Assembly (NCBI GenBank): GCA_021734325.1
Contig: JAIPJF010000008.1
Span: forward strand, 4,136-68,135
Length of the DNA: 64,000 bases
Source of the DNA: Fidelibacterota bacterium
Lineage (GTDB): Bacteria; Fidelibacterota; UBA8477; JABMPR01
Direction: 5' to 3'
In this document: piece by piece, positions 30,061 through 40,456 of the stretch
Numbering within the stretch: the first letter of the stretch is position 1
Layout: every line of letters starts with the position of its first letter
Program-made: the position numbers and the translations under genes
The notes under the pieces: generated by a model
The model's database searches: none
The model's input: only the letters and a program-made list of their open reading frames with translations
Told to the model about the DNA's origin: nothing

Positions 30061-32580
30061 GTGAAAATGCTAAAACATATAGGCGGCTGGATGCTCCTCC
30101 TCACAATGGTCTGTGTTGGATACGCTGAACAAAATATTCATGGATTTATCCGCGATGACCTGACCGGTGAACCGCTTCCCTACGCGAATATCATGCTCCC
30201 TGAAATAAATCGTGGAGCAGTCTCCAATATTGATGGATATTTTGTGGTTAGCAATCTGCCAGTCGGCAGCTATAGCTTCCTTGTGTCCATTATCGGCTAT
30301 GCGAAGTATTCTCAGGAAATCGAACTGGCGCAAGACATTGATTATCGGATGGATATTCGTCTGGTACAGGAGGTCATCGAGGGCCAATCCATCGAAGTCA
30401 GTGCCGAGCGTGAAAAATTCAAGGAACTGGTGTCTACAAGTACAGTGACCCTGGACCGTCGCACGATTGAAGCAGCCCCTTCCTTCGTGGAAGCGGATGT
30501 TTTCCGAGCACTTCAGCTCCTGCCCGGTGTTCAATCCTTGAACGATTTTTCCTCAGCTTTGTATGTTCGGGGCTCCACTCCCGATCAAAACCTGATCATG
30601 CTGGATGGCATCACCGTTTACAATCCCATGCACCTGGGAGGAATTTTTTCCACTTTTAATACAGATGCAATAAAGGAAGCAGAATTCCACGCAGGTGGAT
30701 TCCCTGCCCAGTATGGAGGCCGTTTAGGTTCCATACTCAATATCGTTAATCGTGAGGGCAACACAGAAGAAATTACAGGCAATGCGAACATTTCACTTAT
30801 ATCCAGCAAGATCCTCGTGGAAGGTCCGCTTCCTACTCGGAAATCAGATGTCATAAATGGTTCCTGGATGATCGCAGCCCGTCGAACCTATTTTGACATG
30901 ATTGTCAATAAGGGCTGGAAATATCTGATAAAACCTACTTTGGATGAACAGGATCGTGAGAGTGCACCCGATCGGATTGTTCCTTATTATTTCTATGATT
31001 TTCAAGGAAAGCTTAACGTTGACATCGGAAATGATCACCGATTGACTTGGAGTTCATTTTATGGTGATGATGTGCTTGATTGGGGCTACACCGACACATA
31101 TTCTTCAGATGATTGGATAGATGAGGGTTATGTGAATCCTGATAATTCGTATTATTCAGGGAAGAGCAAAGCAGATTTTGATTGGCGCTGGGGAAATTTC
31201 ACAAACAGTCTCAGTTGGCGCTGGATAATAAATCCAAAATTAATAGCCAAAACATTTATCGCCAACAGCCGTTATCGATTTGCAGTAAACATTGATAATG
31301 ATGATGAGAATTATTTTCAAAGTGATTTTGATACCTCCCGCTCAAGCTCAATTTTTAAGTTTGATCTCTTTGATAAAATTAATGATGAGAGTGTTGAATC
31401 CATGCTCACCTGGCTGCCTTCTGAATCTCATACAGTCCTTGGAGGCTTTCAATACAAACAGGTTTGCTTTGATCTCGGGATGCTTTTATCTGCCCAGGAT
31501 TCACGAGACGGAATAACTGAGACCTTTCAGGATACGATCATGTGGATGCAATCCAGACCTTCGGAGGTGGCATACTATATTCAGGATAAATGGGAGATGT
31601 CCCCCCTGTTGTCTCTACAATCCGGTTTGCGTATTGCTCGATATTCCCTCCATGACCTGAATTATTTTGAGCCTCGACTCGGCGTAAAATATTTCCTTTC
31701 CGAGCAACTTTCCGTGAAAGCTTCAGCTGGTCGTTATCATCAATTCCTTACTGTTGCCAATCCCCCTGATGAGAATCTGAGATTTCTGGATATTTGGTTT
31801 GGAGTCCCCGGGGATAGAAAAGCGCCACGATCCGATCATTACATTCTCGGTGCAGAATACTTGACAGACGCTGATGTCCTTCTTCGTGCTGAAACCTATC
31901 ATAAAACATTTGACTATCTATTGACCCTTAAACCATCTGACCTGATTGCCATTGATGAAGATGGGAATTTGAGAATAGATCCATTCAATGAATTCTGGGA
32001 TACTGATGCCTATGCAGATGGATTAGAGATCCTGGTCAAAAAACTCTCCGGGAAGGTTCGCGGATGGGTTGGTTATACCTACGCAGTTACTCAGAGGAAA
32101 TACGCGGGTCAGGATTGGTATTATCCAAAATATGATCGCACCCATACTGTGAATGTAGTAGCCGATTGGGCATTAAATAGTGCTCTGCATTTCAGCTCAG
32201 CCATCACCTACAGTAGCGGAAATCCCTATACAGCGGTGAAAGGTAGATATGAGACCTGGCAGTCATTTAATTGGACAGTTGATGATATATGGGGGGTGAA
32301 TCAAGGCTTTTTATATGGGGATCGACATGCTGAACGATATCCCGGATACTTCCGTTGGGATATAAGCTTAAAAAAACGTAAACCTTTCCATGCGGGAACA
32401 CTGGAATGGTATTTTCAGATTCTCAATGTGACCAATCATCTCAATATTTTCAGCTACATTTATAAAATTAACAGTGAATATGATTTTATATCGAACACCA
32501 GTGTAAATCAGGAAGTTCAGCGACTGGGCATACCCATGTTTCCATTTTTCCCAAGCTTTGGAGTCAAGATTGAATTCTAA
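30061..32580 (+). CDS. TonB-dependent receptor with carboxypeptidase-regulatory-like domain
   Basis: It has a signal peptide, a CarboxypepD_reg-like segment (GFIRDDLTGEPLPYANIML...GYFVVSNLPVGSYSFLVSIIGY), a plug (ALYVRGSTPDQNLIMLDGITVYNP) and a terminal F. Confidence 0.8.
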   Translation: MKMLKHIGGWMLLLTMVCVGYAEQNIHGFIRDDLTGEPLPYANIMLPEINRGAVSNIDGYFVVSNLPVGSYSFLVSIIGYAKYSQEIELAQDIDYRMDIRLVQEVIEGQSIEVSAEREKFKELVSTSTVTLDRRTIEAAPSFVEADVFRALQLLPGVQSLNDFSSALYVRGSTPDQNLIMLDGITVYNPMHLGGIFSTFNTDAIKEAEFHAGGFPAQYGGRLGSILNIVNREGNTEEITGNANISLISSKILVEGPLPTRKSDVINGSWMIAARRTYFDMIVNKGWKYLIKPTLDEQDRESAPDRIVPYYFYDFQGKLNVDIGNDHRLTWSSFYGDDVLDWGYTDTYSSDDWIDEGYVNPDNSYYSGKSKADFDWRWGNFTNSLSWRWIINPKLIAKTFIANSRYRFAVNIDNDDENYFQSDFDTSRSSSIFKFDLFDKINDESVESMLTWLPSESHTVLGGFQYKQVCFDLGMLLSAQDSRDGITETFQDTIMWMQSRPSEVAYYIQDKWEMSPLLSLQSGLRIARYSLHDLNYFEPRLGVKYFLSEQLSVKASAGRYHQFLTVANPPDENLRFLDIWFGVPGDRKAPRSDHYILGAEYLTDADVLLRAETYHKTFDYLLTLKPSDLIAIDEDGNLRIDPFNEFWDTDAYADGLEILVKKLSGKVRGWVGYTYAVTQRKYAGQDWYYPKYDRTHTVNVVADWALNSALHFSSAITYSSGNPYTAVKGRYETWQSFNWTVDDIWGVNQGFLYGDRHAERYPGYFRWDISLKKRKPFHAGTLEWYFQILNVTNHLNIFSYIYKINSEYDFISNTSVNQEVQRLGIPMFPFFPSFGVKIEF

Positions 32581-33601
32581 GCCACTCAAACGCCTAAAAA
32601 CTCTAGACCGCCTTCCGGAACAGGTCAGCATTCTAAGCCTCCTGATCATTTTAATTGTCTCCTGTGGTAACTGGGGGTGGGAATCAATAGAGACCGATAA
32701 TCAAGAGCGGTTGAATGTATTCGGCTTGATCAGTCTGGATGACTCACTGGAAAGTTTTGTGATCGTTCATCGAACCCTGGACACAGCCGGACCTGATGCA
32801 TTCATTTCCCGACACGATACGATTTACTTTGAGATATGGGATAAGTACAATGAAAATGCCGGACAATTTGAACCAGATACATTCTGGTACGATCCACCAA
32901 TAATAATGGATATTTATGAATCGAAATATTTTGTAAAAAACGCCAGCGTCACTATCTCCGATGGCACTCAGGAATTTTCTTTTGTTAGAAGTCCGCGGAG
33001 TAGGTCCAGTTCTGAATATTTTTGGTACGAAAATATATTCCAGGATTCGGCAATATACCTGAATGTGGATCATACATTTCATCCTCAGCCGAACTCAGAA
33101 TATTTTTTACATATCAGCACGCCAGACGATCTTGAATTAACCGGCAGTTTAATGACCCCGAATATTCCATCCATTTATGGGGCGAATCTCCCCGACACAC
33201 TAAGCATGTTGAATCAATTTGAAGTTAGTTGGAAGTACTCAGGTGACTACCATAGCAGCATAACCACAGGGCAAAAAGTGGAGGATTATCCTACGTATAT
33301 TTGTGGGATAAACCAAATTGGAGCCATCGAGCCAGGTGATACCACCTGGTTCTCAGTAAATGATCCGGGATGCTTTGAACAAACACCTGAACCAAATTCC
33401 AGTTCAGAAATAACTATTCGCTTGAGATTCTTAGATGAGAATTATTACAATTATTTTATGGGGACAGACAGCGATATCGCTGATATCTCAAATTTTCTTG
33501 TTGGAACCGGAAGCATTGGTGCTGCAATTGGGGTAGAAAATGGCTATGGTGTTTTTGGAGCGATTAGCGCTGACCGGATTACGCGAATTGCCATCCCTTA
33601 G
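32558..33601 (+). CDS. DUF4249-like lipoprotein partnered with the TonB-dependent receptor
   Basis: It has the lipobox LLIILIVSCG. It lies immediately downstream of, and overlaps, the receptor gene, as DUF4249 genes typically do. The only available starts are TTG (32558 or 32570). Confidence 0.45.
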   Translation: MESRLNSKPLKRLKTLDRLPEQVSILSLLIILIVSCGNWGWESIETDNQERLNVFGLISLDDSLESFVIVHRTLDTAGPDAFISRHDTIYFEIWDKYNENAGQFEPDTFWYDPPIIMDIYESKYFVKNASVTISDGTQEFSFVRSPRSRSSSEYFWYENIFQDSAIYLNVDHTFHPQPNSEYFLHISTPDDLELTGSLMTPNIPSIYGANLPDTLSMLNQFEVSWKYSGDYHSSITTGQKVEDYPTYICGINQIGAIEPGDTTWFSVNDPGCFEQTPEPNSSSEITIRLRFLDENYYNYFMGTDSDIADISNFLVGTGSIGAAIGVENGYGVFGAISADRITRIAIP

Positions 33602-33604
33602 AGG

Positions 33605-34648
33605 CTAACCCAGTTTCTTCCACGCATACTCGAGTAATTTCTCAGTTGTTTCAAAGCTAACACAGGCATCAGTGATGGAGACACCGTACTTCAATTTTGA
33701 CAGGTCGGACGGTATTTTTTGATTACCCTCAAAAATGTTACTTTCCAGCATCATACCGATCAATGCCTCATTACCGGCAACTCTTTGGGAGATAATGCTT
33801 TTCCAGACTTTTCCCTGCTGCTCAAATTTCTTCCCTGAATTTGCATGGGAACAATCGACCATGAGTGCCTGTGGTAGATCGTACTTTTTCATACGCTGAA
33901 TCGTTTCCTCGATGCTGCTTTCTTCATAATTTGGTCTTGCTTCGCCTCCACGCAGAATAATATGCCCCAAATTATTTCCCGTGGTCTCGACAACGGCGAT
34001 ATGCCCATCCTGATCAACACCGATAAAGTGATGAGGATGTCGGGCACTTTCCATGGCGTCAATGGCAACCTGCAGACTTCCAGTTGTACTATTCTTGTAT
34101 CCAACAGGCATTGAAAGACCTGAGGCCATTTGGCGGTGGGTCTGGCTTTCAGTGGTTCTGGCTCCGATTGCAGACCAGCAGACCAGGTCATCAATATATT
34201 GAGGTGTAATAGGATCAAGAAATTCAGTGCCGGCCGGAACCCCTCTTTCGTTGATAGCGGTCAGGAGTTTTCGTCCGCGTTTTAATCCTTCATTGATCAG
34301 GTAACTACCATCCAGGTCAGGATCATAAATCATTCCCTTCCAGCCAATGGTCGTTCGGGGTTTTTCAAAATAAACGCGCATGACAATAAAAAGTCTATCT
34401 TCATACTTTCTGCGCAAGACATTCAATCGATCAGCATATTCGAGAGCAGCCTTTGGATCATGGATCGAACAGGGGCCACTGATGACCAGAAATCGTTTAT
34501 CCTTCCCACTGAGAATATTGCTAATGGTCTCCCGGGCTTCCACAACCGTAGAAATGGCAATTTCACTTGTTGGTATTTCTTTCTTAAGCGCTCGAGGGGA
34601 AGCGAGGGTCTTAAAACCTCGAACATGTAGATTTTGTGCTGTTTTCAT
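33605..34648 (-). CDS. aroG: 3-deoxy-7-phosphoheptulonate (DAHP) synthase, class I
   Basis: It has [27 protein letters not shown] and DCSHANS. The isozyme and feedback specificity cannot be determined from sequence. Confidence 0.88.
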   Translation of the reverse strand: MKTAQNLHVRGFKTLASPRALKKEIPTSEIAISTVVEARETISNILSGKDKRFLVISGPCSIHDPKAALEYADRLNVLRRKYEDRLFIVMRVYFEKPRTTIGWKGMIYDPDLDGSYLINEGLKRGRKLLTAINERGVPAGTEFLDPITPQYIDDLVCWSAIGARTTESQTHRQMASGLSMPVGYKNSTTGSLQVAIDAMESARHPHHFIGVDQDGHIAVVETTGNNLGHIILRGGEARPNYEESSIEETIQRMKKYDLPQALMVDCSHANSGKKFEQQGKVWKSIISQRVAGNEALIGMMLESNIFEGNQKIPSDLSKLKYGVSITDACVSFETTEKLLEYAWKKLG

Positions 34649-34742
34649 ATACTTATCTTCTATCGTTTATTGCTAATAACATCAGCGGAATCTAATTAAG
34701 TGTCAGGCGAATGCTTTACAAAGATTTCCCCACCTATAAAAA

Positions 34743-34770
34743 ATGCCCCGGAAGATTCCGGGGCATTTTT
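34743..34770 (-). terminator. Rho-independent terminator (bidirectional form) after the Spy-like gene
   Basis: The stem GCCCCGGA / TCCGGGGC has an AGAT loop and is flanked by A-runs and T-runs on both sides. Confidence 0.75.
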
Positions 34771-34813
34771 AGTGTGAGAGTATAATCTCACGGGGTCAAC
34801 AACAATTGTTGAA

Positions 34814-35284
34814 CTACCACCTACCATTTCCAGGTCTTTTCCTTCGTGACTCGTCCACGCCATTCCCGCCACGCATACCACGGCCAAATCTTCGATCCTC
34901 TCTGGGTCCAAACTCATGTTGATCAAAGATCAATTGTTGTTCTTCAGTGAGTAGAGAACGTATAGCAGCTCGATGGGCGACCATCATAGACTCTATTGCA
35001 TCCTTGCTGCTGGCGATTTGTGCTTCGAGCTCGGCGATTTGCTCAGCATCTGGGTTATCACTATTCTTGAGCGTCTTCAACTCGCGGACCATTGCGTTCA
35101 TGTTTTGTCTCGCAGTCACCATTCCAGGCTGCATGGATTCACGCAATTGTGTGATTTGCTGCATCTGTTCAGTTGTAAGATTAAGGCTTTCATCCCAGGT
35201 GGTCAGTCGTCCGCCACCATTTCTGCCTTGCGCCAACGTAAATGACGCGATAATAAGTATTAAAAAGAATGCTTTGTAGTTCAT
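34814..35284 (-). CDS. Periplasmic Spy/CpxP/ZraP-family chaperone-like protein
   Basis: It has a signal peptide and two LTXXQ motifs (LTTEQ and LTEEQ) in a helical protein. The C-terminal tail is Arg/Gly-rich. Confidence 0.7.
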   Translation of the reverse strand: MNYKAFFLILIIASFTLAQGRNGGGRLTTWDESLNLTTEQMQQITQLRESMQPGMVTARQNMNAMVRELKTLKNSDNPDAEQIAELEAQIASSKDAIESMMVAHRAAIRSLLTEEQQLIFDQHEFGPREDRRFGRGMRGGNGVDESRRKRPGNGRW

Positions 35285-35298
35285 GATTCTTTCCCTTT

Positions 35299-36465
35299 CT
35301 AATTGTTAAAATTTAGACCAATATTATAACTCATGCTGTTATAGTCATAGAGTGCATCATTGGACATATTTTGTGTATACCCCAAGCCCAGGATCACTTC
35401 AAGACCTGAAAGCCAGGAGCTGTATTCATAATCCCATACCTTGCTCCACTGAACATTTACCTGATTTTTCTCATCTATCCGATCAAAACCCATGGTTACG
35501 AAAGCATCCTCCACCAGGGTATAATCCATCACAGTGAAATCAAAAAGGTAAACGGGAACATCCAGATATGATTTTTTTACATATGAATGACTTATTTTGA
35601 AACTATTACTCGAATTTACCCTGTATATAGCTCGGGAAGACACTGAAGGACCTTCCCATCTGTAATTATCAATAAATGGATTATCCAAACCATCTTGCAG
35701 ACTCAAGGAATCTGCCACATCATTCAACAGGGTCTGCGTTCCGAGCCAGAGTGTGAGTCCCAATTTTGGTCCCAGTGATTGACTCAGTCTCAATTCAGAT
35801 GAAAATAGCGTGTTGTTTGGTATATCACTCACAACCGTCGCCGTATAAAATCTCCCCGTTCCTTCATAGCTTGTCTGGGGCCAGAAGTCCTGAACCGCAA
35901 TTGCAGATTGCAGATTGAGAGAAGTCTTCGTCCTGAAGGAATGGTTATAAATAGCATAAAAATTATGCTGTGTATTGGAAGCTTCGGCAATTTCATCAAA
36001 CTTTTTCATTTCAAGATCATACCCTGCAGTAATCAAACGGGAAGTGCTGAAATAATGTTTCCATTTCCCGTACAGACCAAAACCTGAGCTATTGTAATAA
36101 CTGTAATCGTCTGCATATTGGTTCAAATAAGCATACAAGCCGGTGTAGAGTTGATTGTCCTGCCATTCCAAATAGCGAAGCTGCAATCCAATCTCACCCT
36201 GACTTGATGAATATTCAGTCTGGGGGATGATTTGAGAGTGTGAAAGATCTAGATATGCCCTTGAATTGTCTGATAGCACCGAGCTAATAGTCATTGCTGA
36301 TGTTGCATAAGAAGCGTTTTCCACTAACCTGCTTCCCAGTAGATACTCACCAGCACCAAATGAATTGCTCACATCAAACATGATATCCTGACTCTTAGAA
36401 TTGAGTGGAATGATCAGTATTGTGATCAATAAAAGAGTCTTTGATATTGATTTCCATTTTCTCAT
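35299..36465 (-). CDS. Secreted hypothetical protein, probable outer-membrane beta-barrel
   Basis: The ATG at 36465 gives the signal-like sequence MRKWKSISKTLLLITILIIPLNSKSQD. The alternating pattern is rich in Y, S and N. The track start at 36615 adds a 50-aa non-signal extension. Confidence 0.4.
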   Translation of the reverse strand: MRKWKSISKTLLLITILIIPLNSKSQDIMFDVSNSFGAGEYLLGSRLVENASYATSAMTISSVLSDNSRAYLDLSHSQIIPQTEYSSSQGEIGLQLRYLEWQDNQLYTGLYAYLNQYADDYSYYNSSGFGLYGKWKHYFSTSRLITAGYDLEMKKFDEIAEASNTQHNFYAIYNHSFRTKTSLNLQSAIAVQDFWPQTSYEGTGRFYTATVVSDIPNNTLFSSELRLSQSLGPKLGLTLWLGTQTLLNDVADSLSLQDGLDNPFIDNYRWEGPSVSSRAIYRVNSSNSFKISHSYVKKSYLDVPVYLFDFTVMDYTLVEDAFVTMGFDRIDEKNQVNVQWSKVWDYEYSSWLSGLEVILGLGYTQNMSNDALYDYNSMSYNIGLNFNN

Positions 36466-36627
36466 TCTATCGCCAATCATAGTATCTCTGAACATATTGA
36501 AAATTGTATCAAGATGGAAGCCAGAAGTCATGTTTTCCATCTCTCTTTGTATTGATATTTGCATCATCTGATTCATCTCACTTACAAGGGAGGAGAACGG
36601 GTTCTCCTCCCTCATTATTAGATTCTT

Positions 36628-37023
36628 CTAGCGCCTGGATTGACGATTTGCTGCAGGTGTGATAACTTCAGGTGTCACACACTCACCAGTACCAACTGTC
36701 TCTCCGCGATTCCGATTACCCAAACGCTCTGAGCTTTTTCTCTGGTTGCCAGTGCCATCGGCAGGTCCGTTTGAAAAACCATTTTTGGCACCAAAGCCGG
36801 CACCCGTACCATCCTGTGGCTTGACATAATCTTCATCGTAAGCATTGGGAATTCCGTCACCGTCAGCATCCGGTGCAAGATCATTAAATCCATCACCATT
36901 CTCATCGATAAACTCGCCGGGGCCATTTCCCCATTCTCCGGCTTGGGCATAAACTGGACTTGTAAGACCTATCACACTGAGGGCTGTGATCATTAACATT
37001 ACTGTTAAGAGTTGCTTTTTCAT
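36628..37023 (-). CDS. Small secreted Gly/Asp/Asn-rich protein with thrombospondin type 3-like Ca-binding repeats
   Basis: The ATG at 37023 gives the signal peptide MKKQLLTVMLMITALSVIGLTSPVYA. DENGDGFND and DADGDGIPNAYDEDY are DxDxDG-type motifs. Confidence 0.5.
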   Translation of the reverse strand: MKKQLLTVMLMITALSVIGLTSPVYAQAGEWGNGPGEFIDENGDGFNDLAPDADGDGIPNAYDEDYVKPQDGTGAGFGAKNGFSNGPADGTGNQRKSSERLGNRNRGETVGTGECVTPEVITPAANRQSRR

Positions 37024-37076
37024 TTCATGTCTCCTTATCATTATTGTCATGTATATTTAAAAGCTGCCCACTATAG

Positions 37077-37093
37077 ACCAATTGCCATGCCAA
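37077..37093 (-). promoter_or_regulatory. Candidate sigma-54 promoter (imperfect -12 element)
   Basis: The minus strand reads TTGGCATGGCAATTGGT. This gives TGGCAT-N5-TTGG with the correct -24/-12 spacing, but the -12 element is GG instead of GC. It lies about 50 nt upstream of the ATG at 37023 and directly downstream of the sigma-54 activator gene. Confidence 0.3.
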
Positions 37094-37242
37094 CAATTTT
37101 GAATCACAAATACATCAGATGCATAGTATTGTATTTATTGATTATATGTAGATTTAATCAGGAGGATTATGACTTGTGCTCTGGAATCAATTCTCGACAA
37201 TCCAGACAGATTTCGACAAATATGTCGTGTTTTGCTGGTGAA

Positions 37243-38571
37243 TTACTTTAACTGATATTTTTGCAGTTTGTAGCGGAGTACGCGCTCGCTCACACCTAAG
37301 CGACGAGCACATTCACTCTGATTGCCGCCTGCTTCTTGAAGTGTTTTTTTAATCAGATCGGCCTCCATGCTCACAACTGAGTTTTTCAGGGATCCATCCG
37401 CCATCTGCTTTCTGGTTTGAACTGGCAGATCAGAGGGAGTGATCTCAGAGCCTGTGCATAATAGAACCGCCCGTTCAATCATATTCCCCAGTTCCCTGAC
37501 ATTTCCAGGGAAGGTATAGGACTCAAGATGGGTCAATGCGTCTCCAGAAAATTTAAGGTCAAGGCGATTTTCACGGGCTGCAAATTGACTGAGGAAGAAA
37601 TAGGCAAGAACCTGGATATCAGCTTTGCGAATCCTCAATGGTGGGATATGCAGATTGATCACATTTAAACGATAATACAAATCCTCTCTAAACTCACCAA
37701 TCTCAACGGCATGCTCAAGATCAACATTGGTTGCAGCTATCGTTCTAACATCAGATTTTAATATTTCGTTTTGACCAATTCGCTGGAATTCACCATTTTG
37801 CAAAAAACGCAGAATCTTGGTTTGCATTTCCAGAGGAAGATCACCAATCTCATCTAAAAATAATGTCCCTTCATGGGCTTCCTCAAAGCGACCCTTTCTG
37901 GCAGCAGTGGCACCGGTAAAGGCACCCTTTTCATGGCCAAACAGTTCACTCTCGATCAGGTGACTGGGTAAGGCTGCACAATTAACAGCTACCATCGCCT
38001 TCCTTGCCCTCGGTGATCTTTTATGGATATAATCGGCCAACACCTCCTTTCCCACACCCGTTTCACCGGTTATGAGAATGGTTGCCTGAGATCCCGCCAC
38101 ACGAGTGGCCTGCTCCAGGATATGGATCATCGCCGGATCTTCGGCAATAAAATCCTTGAATTCCGAAACCTGAATGGGAACGGATTCCTGCTGAGTTTTC
38201 CGCCGAGACTCCAGATGTTCCACAATTCCATTCAGTATCAATTCCAACTGATCAAGGTCAACCGGTTTAGTCAAGAAATCCCAGGCACCTGCTTTCATCG
38301 CATCTACGGCAATGTCAACCGTACCATAGGCAGTGATCAAGATCAGGATTACACCTGGATGCCTTGATTTGACTTCATGGAGAAGGTCAGCTCCCGTCAT
38401 GTAAGGCATTTTGTAATCAGAAAGCACAATATCTACAGGATTTGTGTGCATGTGCGCCAGTGCTGTCTGGGCGGAATCTGCAACAGCCACTTCATAGCCG
38501 ATTTTTCTCAGGAATCCTGCAAGGGACTCGCGTTGAAGTTTTTCATCGTCAACAATTAATATGCGTGTCAT
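37243..38571 (-). CDS. Sigma-54-dependent response regulator (NtrC/ZraR/AtoC family)
   Basis: It has a REC domain (ILIVDDE...DIVLSDYKMP), an AAA+ domain with GETGVGKE and the GAFTGA sigma-54 contact loop, and a C-terminal Fis-type HTH. Confidence 0.9.
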   Translation of the reverse strand: MTRILIVDDEKLQRESLAGFLRKIGYEVAVADSAQTALAHMHTNPVDIVLSDYKMPYMTGADLLHEVKSRHPGVILILITAYGTVDIAVDAMKAGAWDFLTKPVDLDQLELILNGIVEHLESRRKTQQESVPIQVSEFKDFIAEDPAMIHILEQATRVAGSQATILITGETGVGKEVLADYIHKRSPRARKAMVAVNCAALPSHLIESELFGHEKGAFTGATAARKGRFEEAHEGTLFLDEIGDLPLEMQTKILRFLQNGEFQRIGQNEILKSDVRTIAATNVDLEHAVEIGEFREDLYYRLNVINLHIPPLRIRKADIQVLAYFFLSQFAARENRLDLKFSGDALTHLESYTFPGNVRELGNMIERAVLLCTGSEITPSDLPVQTRKQMADGSLKNSVVSMEADLIKKTLQEAGGNQSECARRLGVSERVLRYKLQKYQLK

Positions 38572-40265
38572 CGCTTCGCCGGTATATTGATTTCAAATTT
38601 TGATCCTTTATCAATTTCACTCTCCACTTCAATGCTCCCCTGATGATCGGCAATTATCTTATGAGTAATGGCTAATCCGACACCTGTTCCCAAGTCTTTA
38701 TTTGTATAATAAAGATCAAATATACGATTAAGATTTTCTGCCTGAATGCCTATACCTGTATCCTGTATGCTAATCCTTATCATATTGCCCACCTGCATAC
38801 CTTTGACCATGACTTTCCCTCCAAAGTCACAGGCTTCTATGGCATTCTTGATAATATTCGACAGTGCCTGCAGTAAAAGATCATCATCCCCATCAAACAC
38901 TATGGATTCGGAATCAAATCTCAGATCTACCTGCTTTTCCTGAGCCTGGCTCATATATAAGTCTGATATATTGTTAAGCATCTCCTGTAAATTTATCTTG
39001 TCATAACGTAATGGTGTCGGTCTCGTATATTCCAGAAAGTCCTGGAGTGAATGATTGATCCTTGCAATCTCAGATACCATTGTCCCTGTCAAATTTAAAT
39101 ATTCTTCAGAATCTGTTTCCGGGCTAAACTCACGTTTTAGCCGTTGTGCAACAATCCCGATGGCATTCAGTGGATTTCTTATTTCATGGGCGACGCCAGC
39201 AGCGAGTTCTCCCATGGCAACCCGCTTTTCATTCACCCTGTTCAAATTTTCCAGTCGATACACTTCGGATTCGATGCGTTTCTTTTCGCTTGCCAGCAGC
39301 GCTGCATTATGACGAGTGAGTAAAAATATCAGGATTAAGAATGCCAGTAAGGATAATAGAATGGTTCGCAGGAGAAGTTGATAAATAATCTGACTTCTGA
39401 GACTTAACAGTTCATCAGCTATGAAGCCAATTCTCACCTCACCCATGCTGGAACTGAAAAATACGGGTCGTACAATTTCCAACAGGCTCATATCTCCCTT
39501 GCTGACCCGATAGAGAATATTTTCTAGTGGTTCTCTGGTCCAACTATCATTAAAAATTATCCCCTCCCTGGCCACAAAAAACGATTCCCCTCCGTCAATA
39601 GTTATCTGGAGATACTGAATACCCTCCACATAGAGCAAATCCTCCAACGCCAATTCGATTGAAGTGAGATATTTATAGTCCTCTTCACTCGGTTGACTCA
39701 GCACACACGCGATGGTCCCACCGGCCTCCCTTACTATGGCCACAAGGAAACGAGAGCCCAAAGTCTCATCAGCATCAACTCCTGCGATGACTTCTTCTTC
39801 CTGATTATTCAAGAGTGGCTGTAGTTGTTCCAGAAGCCATGGATCATCCGCAATATCCGTGGACTTTCCGTCTGCATCAGATTGAGTAACCGTACACTCC
39901 AACTCACCCTTTTCATTGAACAGTAATATTTGGAATATATTATTATCGGTGAGAATTTCATGGAGCTGAGTTGCGGACAAGCCGTGCATCGCATCAATCC
40001 TGTTGATAATATTCAGGAGATCATTGGCACGATCAACATAGGCAATTTTGATTTCCTCGGTCATGTACGCCTGTCCACTCGCACTTTGGGCAATAACTGC
40101 AGCCGTAACCGAAGCCTGGTTCTGGATGAGTTTTAGTATATCGCTGTAACGAGCTCGATATTCGATAAAACTGGAGAGAATCAGGATGATCATCACCACA
40201 AAGTACAAAGCGATATACCAGGGCTTGATCATGAGTGTTTTTTTAACAGCTTTGTACAATTCCAA
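38568..40265 (-). CDS. Sensor histidine kinase (membrane-bound, with a large extracytoplasmic domain)
   Basis: Two TM segments flank a domain of about 270 aa. It has the H-box ELAAGVAHEIRNPLN and the N and G boxes (NAIEA, DTGIGI, GTGVGLAI). It overlaps the regulator gene by 4 nt. Confidence 0.88.
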   Translation of the reverse strand: MELYKAVKKTLMIKPWYIALYFVVMIILILSSFIEYRARYSDILKLIQNQASVTAAVIAQSASGQAYMTEEIKIAYVDRANDLLNIINRIDAMHGLSATQLHEILTDNNIFQILLFNEKGELECTVTQSDADGKSTDIADDPWLLEQLQPLLNNQEEEVIAGVDADETLGSRFLVAIVREAGGTIACVLSQPSEEDYKYLTSIELALEDLLYVEGIQYLQITIDGGESFFVAREGIIFNDSWTREPLENILYRVSKGDMSLLEIVRPVFFSSSMGEVRIGFIADELLSLRSQIIYQLLLRTILLSLLAFLILIFLLTRHNAALLASEKKRIESEVYRLENLNRVNEKRVAMGELAAGVAHEIRNPLNAIGIVAQRLKREFSPETDSEEYLNLTGTMVSEIARINHSLQDFLEYTRPTPLRYDKINLQEMLNNISDLYMSQAQEKQVDLRFDSESIVFDGDDDLLLQALSNIIKNAIEACDFGGKVMVKGMQVGNMIRISIQDTGIGIQAENLNRIFDLYYTNKDLGTGVGLAITHKIIADHQGSIEVESEIDKGSKFEINIPAKR

Positions 40266-40408
40266 TCTCTCTTTTTCCTTTTCAAAACAATATGGATGAG
40301 AAGAGCCAATCGAAAAAGGTCTAATTGAATCAATCCTTTAACCTGGGACCACCACAGCTTGAATTCAGCGTGGTGTAGCAATAGTATTAAAATCTGTCTA
40401 TATAAAAA

Positions 40409-40429
40409 TGCCTCAGATTATCTGAGGCA
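40409..40429 (-). terminator. Rho-independent terminator after atpC
   Basis: The stem GCCTCAGA / TCTGAGGC is followed on the minus strand by ATTTTTATATA. Confidence 0.65.
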
Positions 40430-40456
40430 CTCTTTAATCACGTTATCATTAAAGTA

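Noticed and set aside
34696-34926. A 76-aa minus-strand ORF spans the terminator and the 3' end of the Spy-like gene.
   Set aside because: It overlaps a strong terminator hairpin and the better-supported LTXXQ gene in another frame, and it has no motif.
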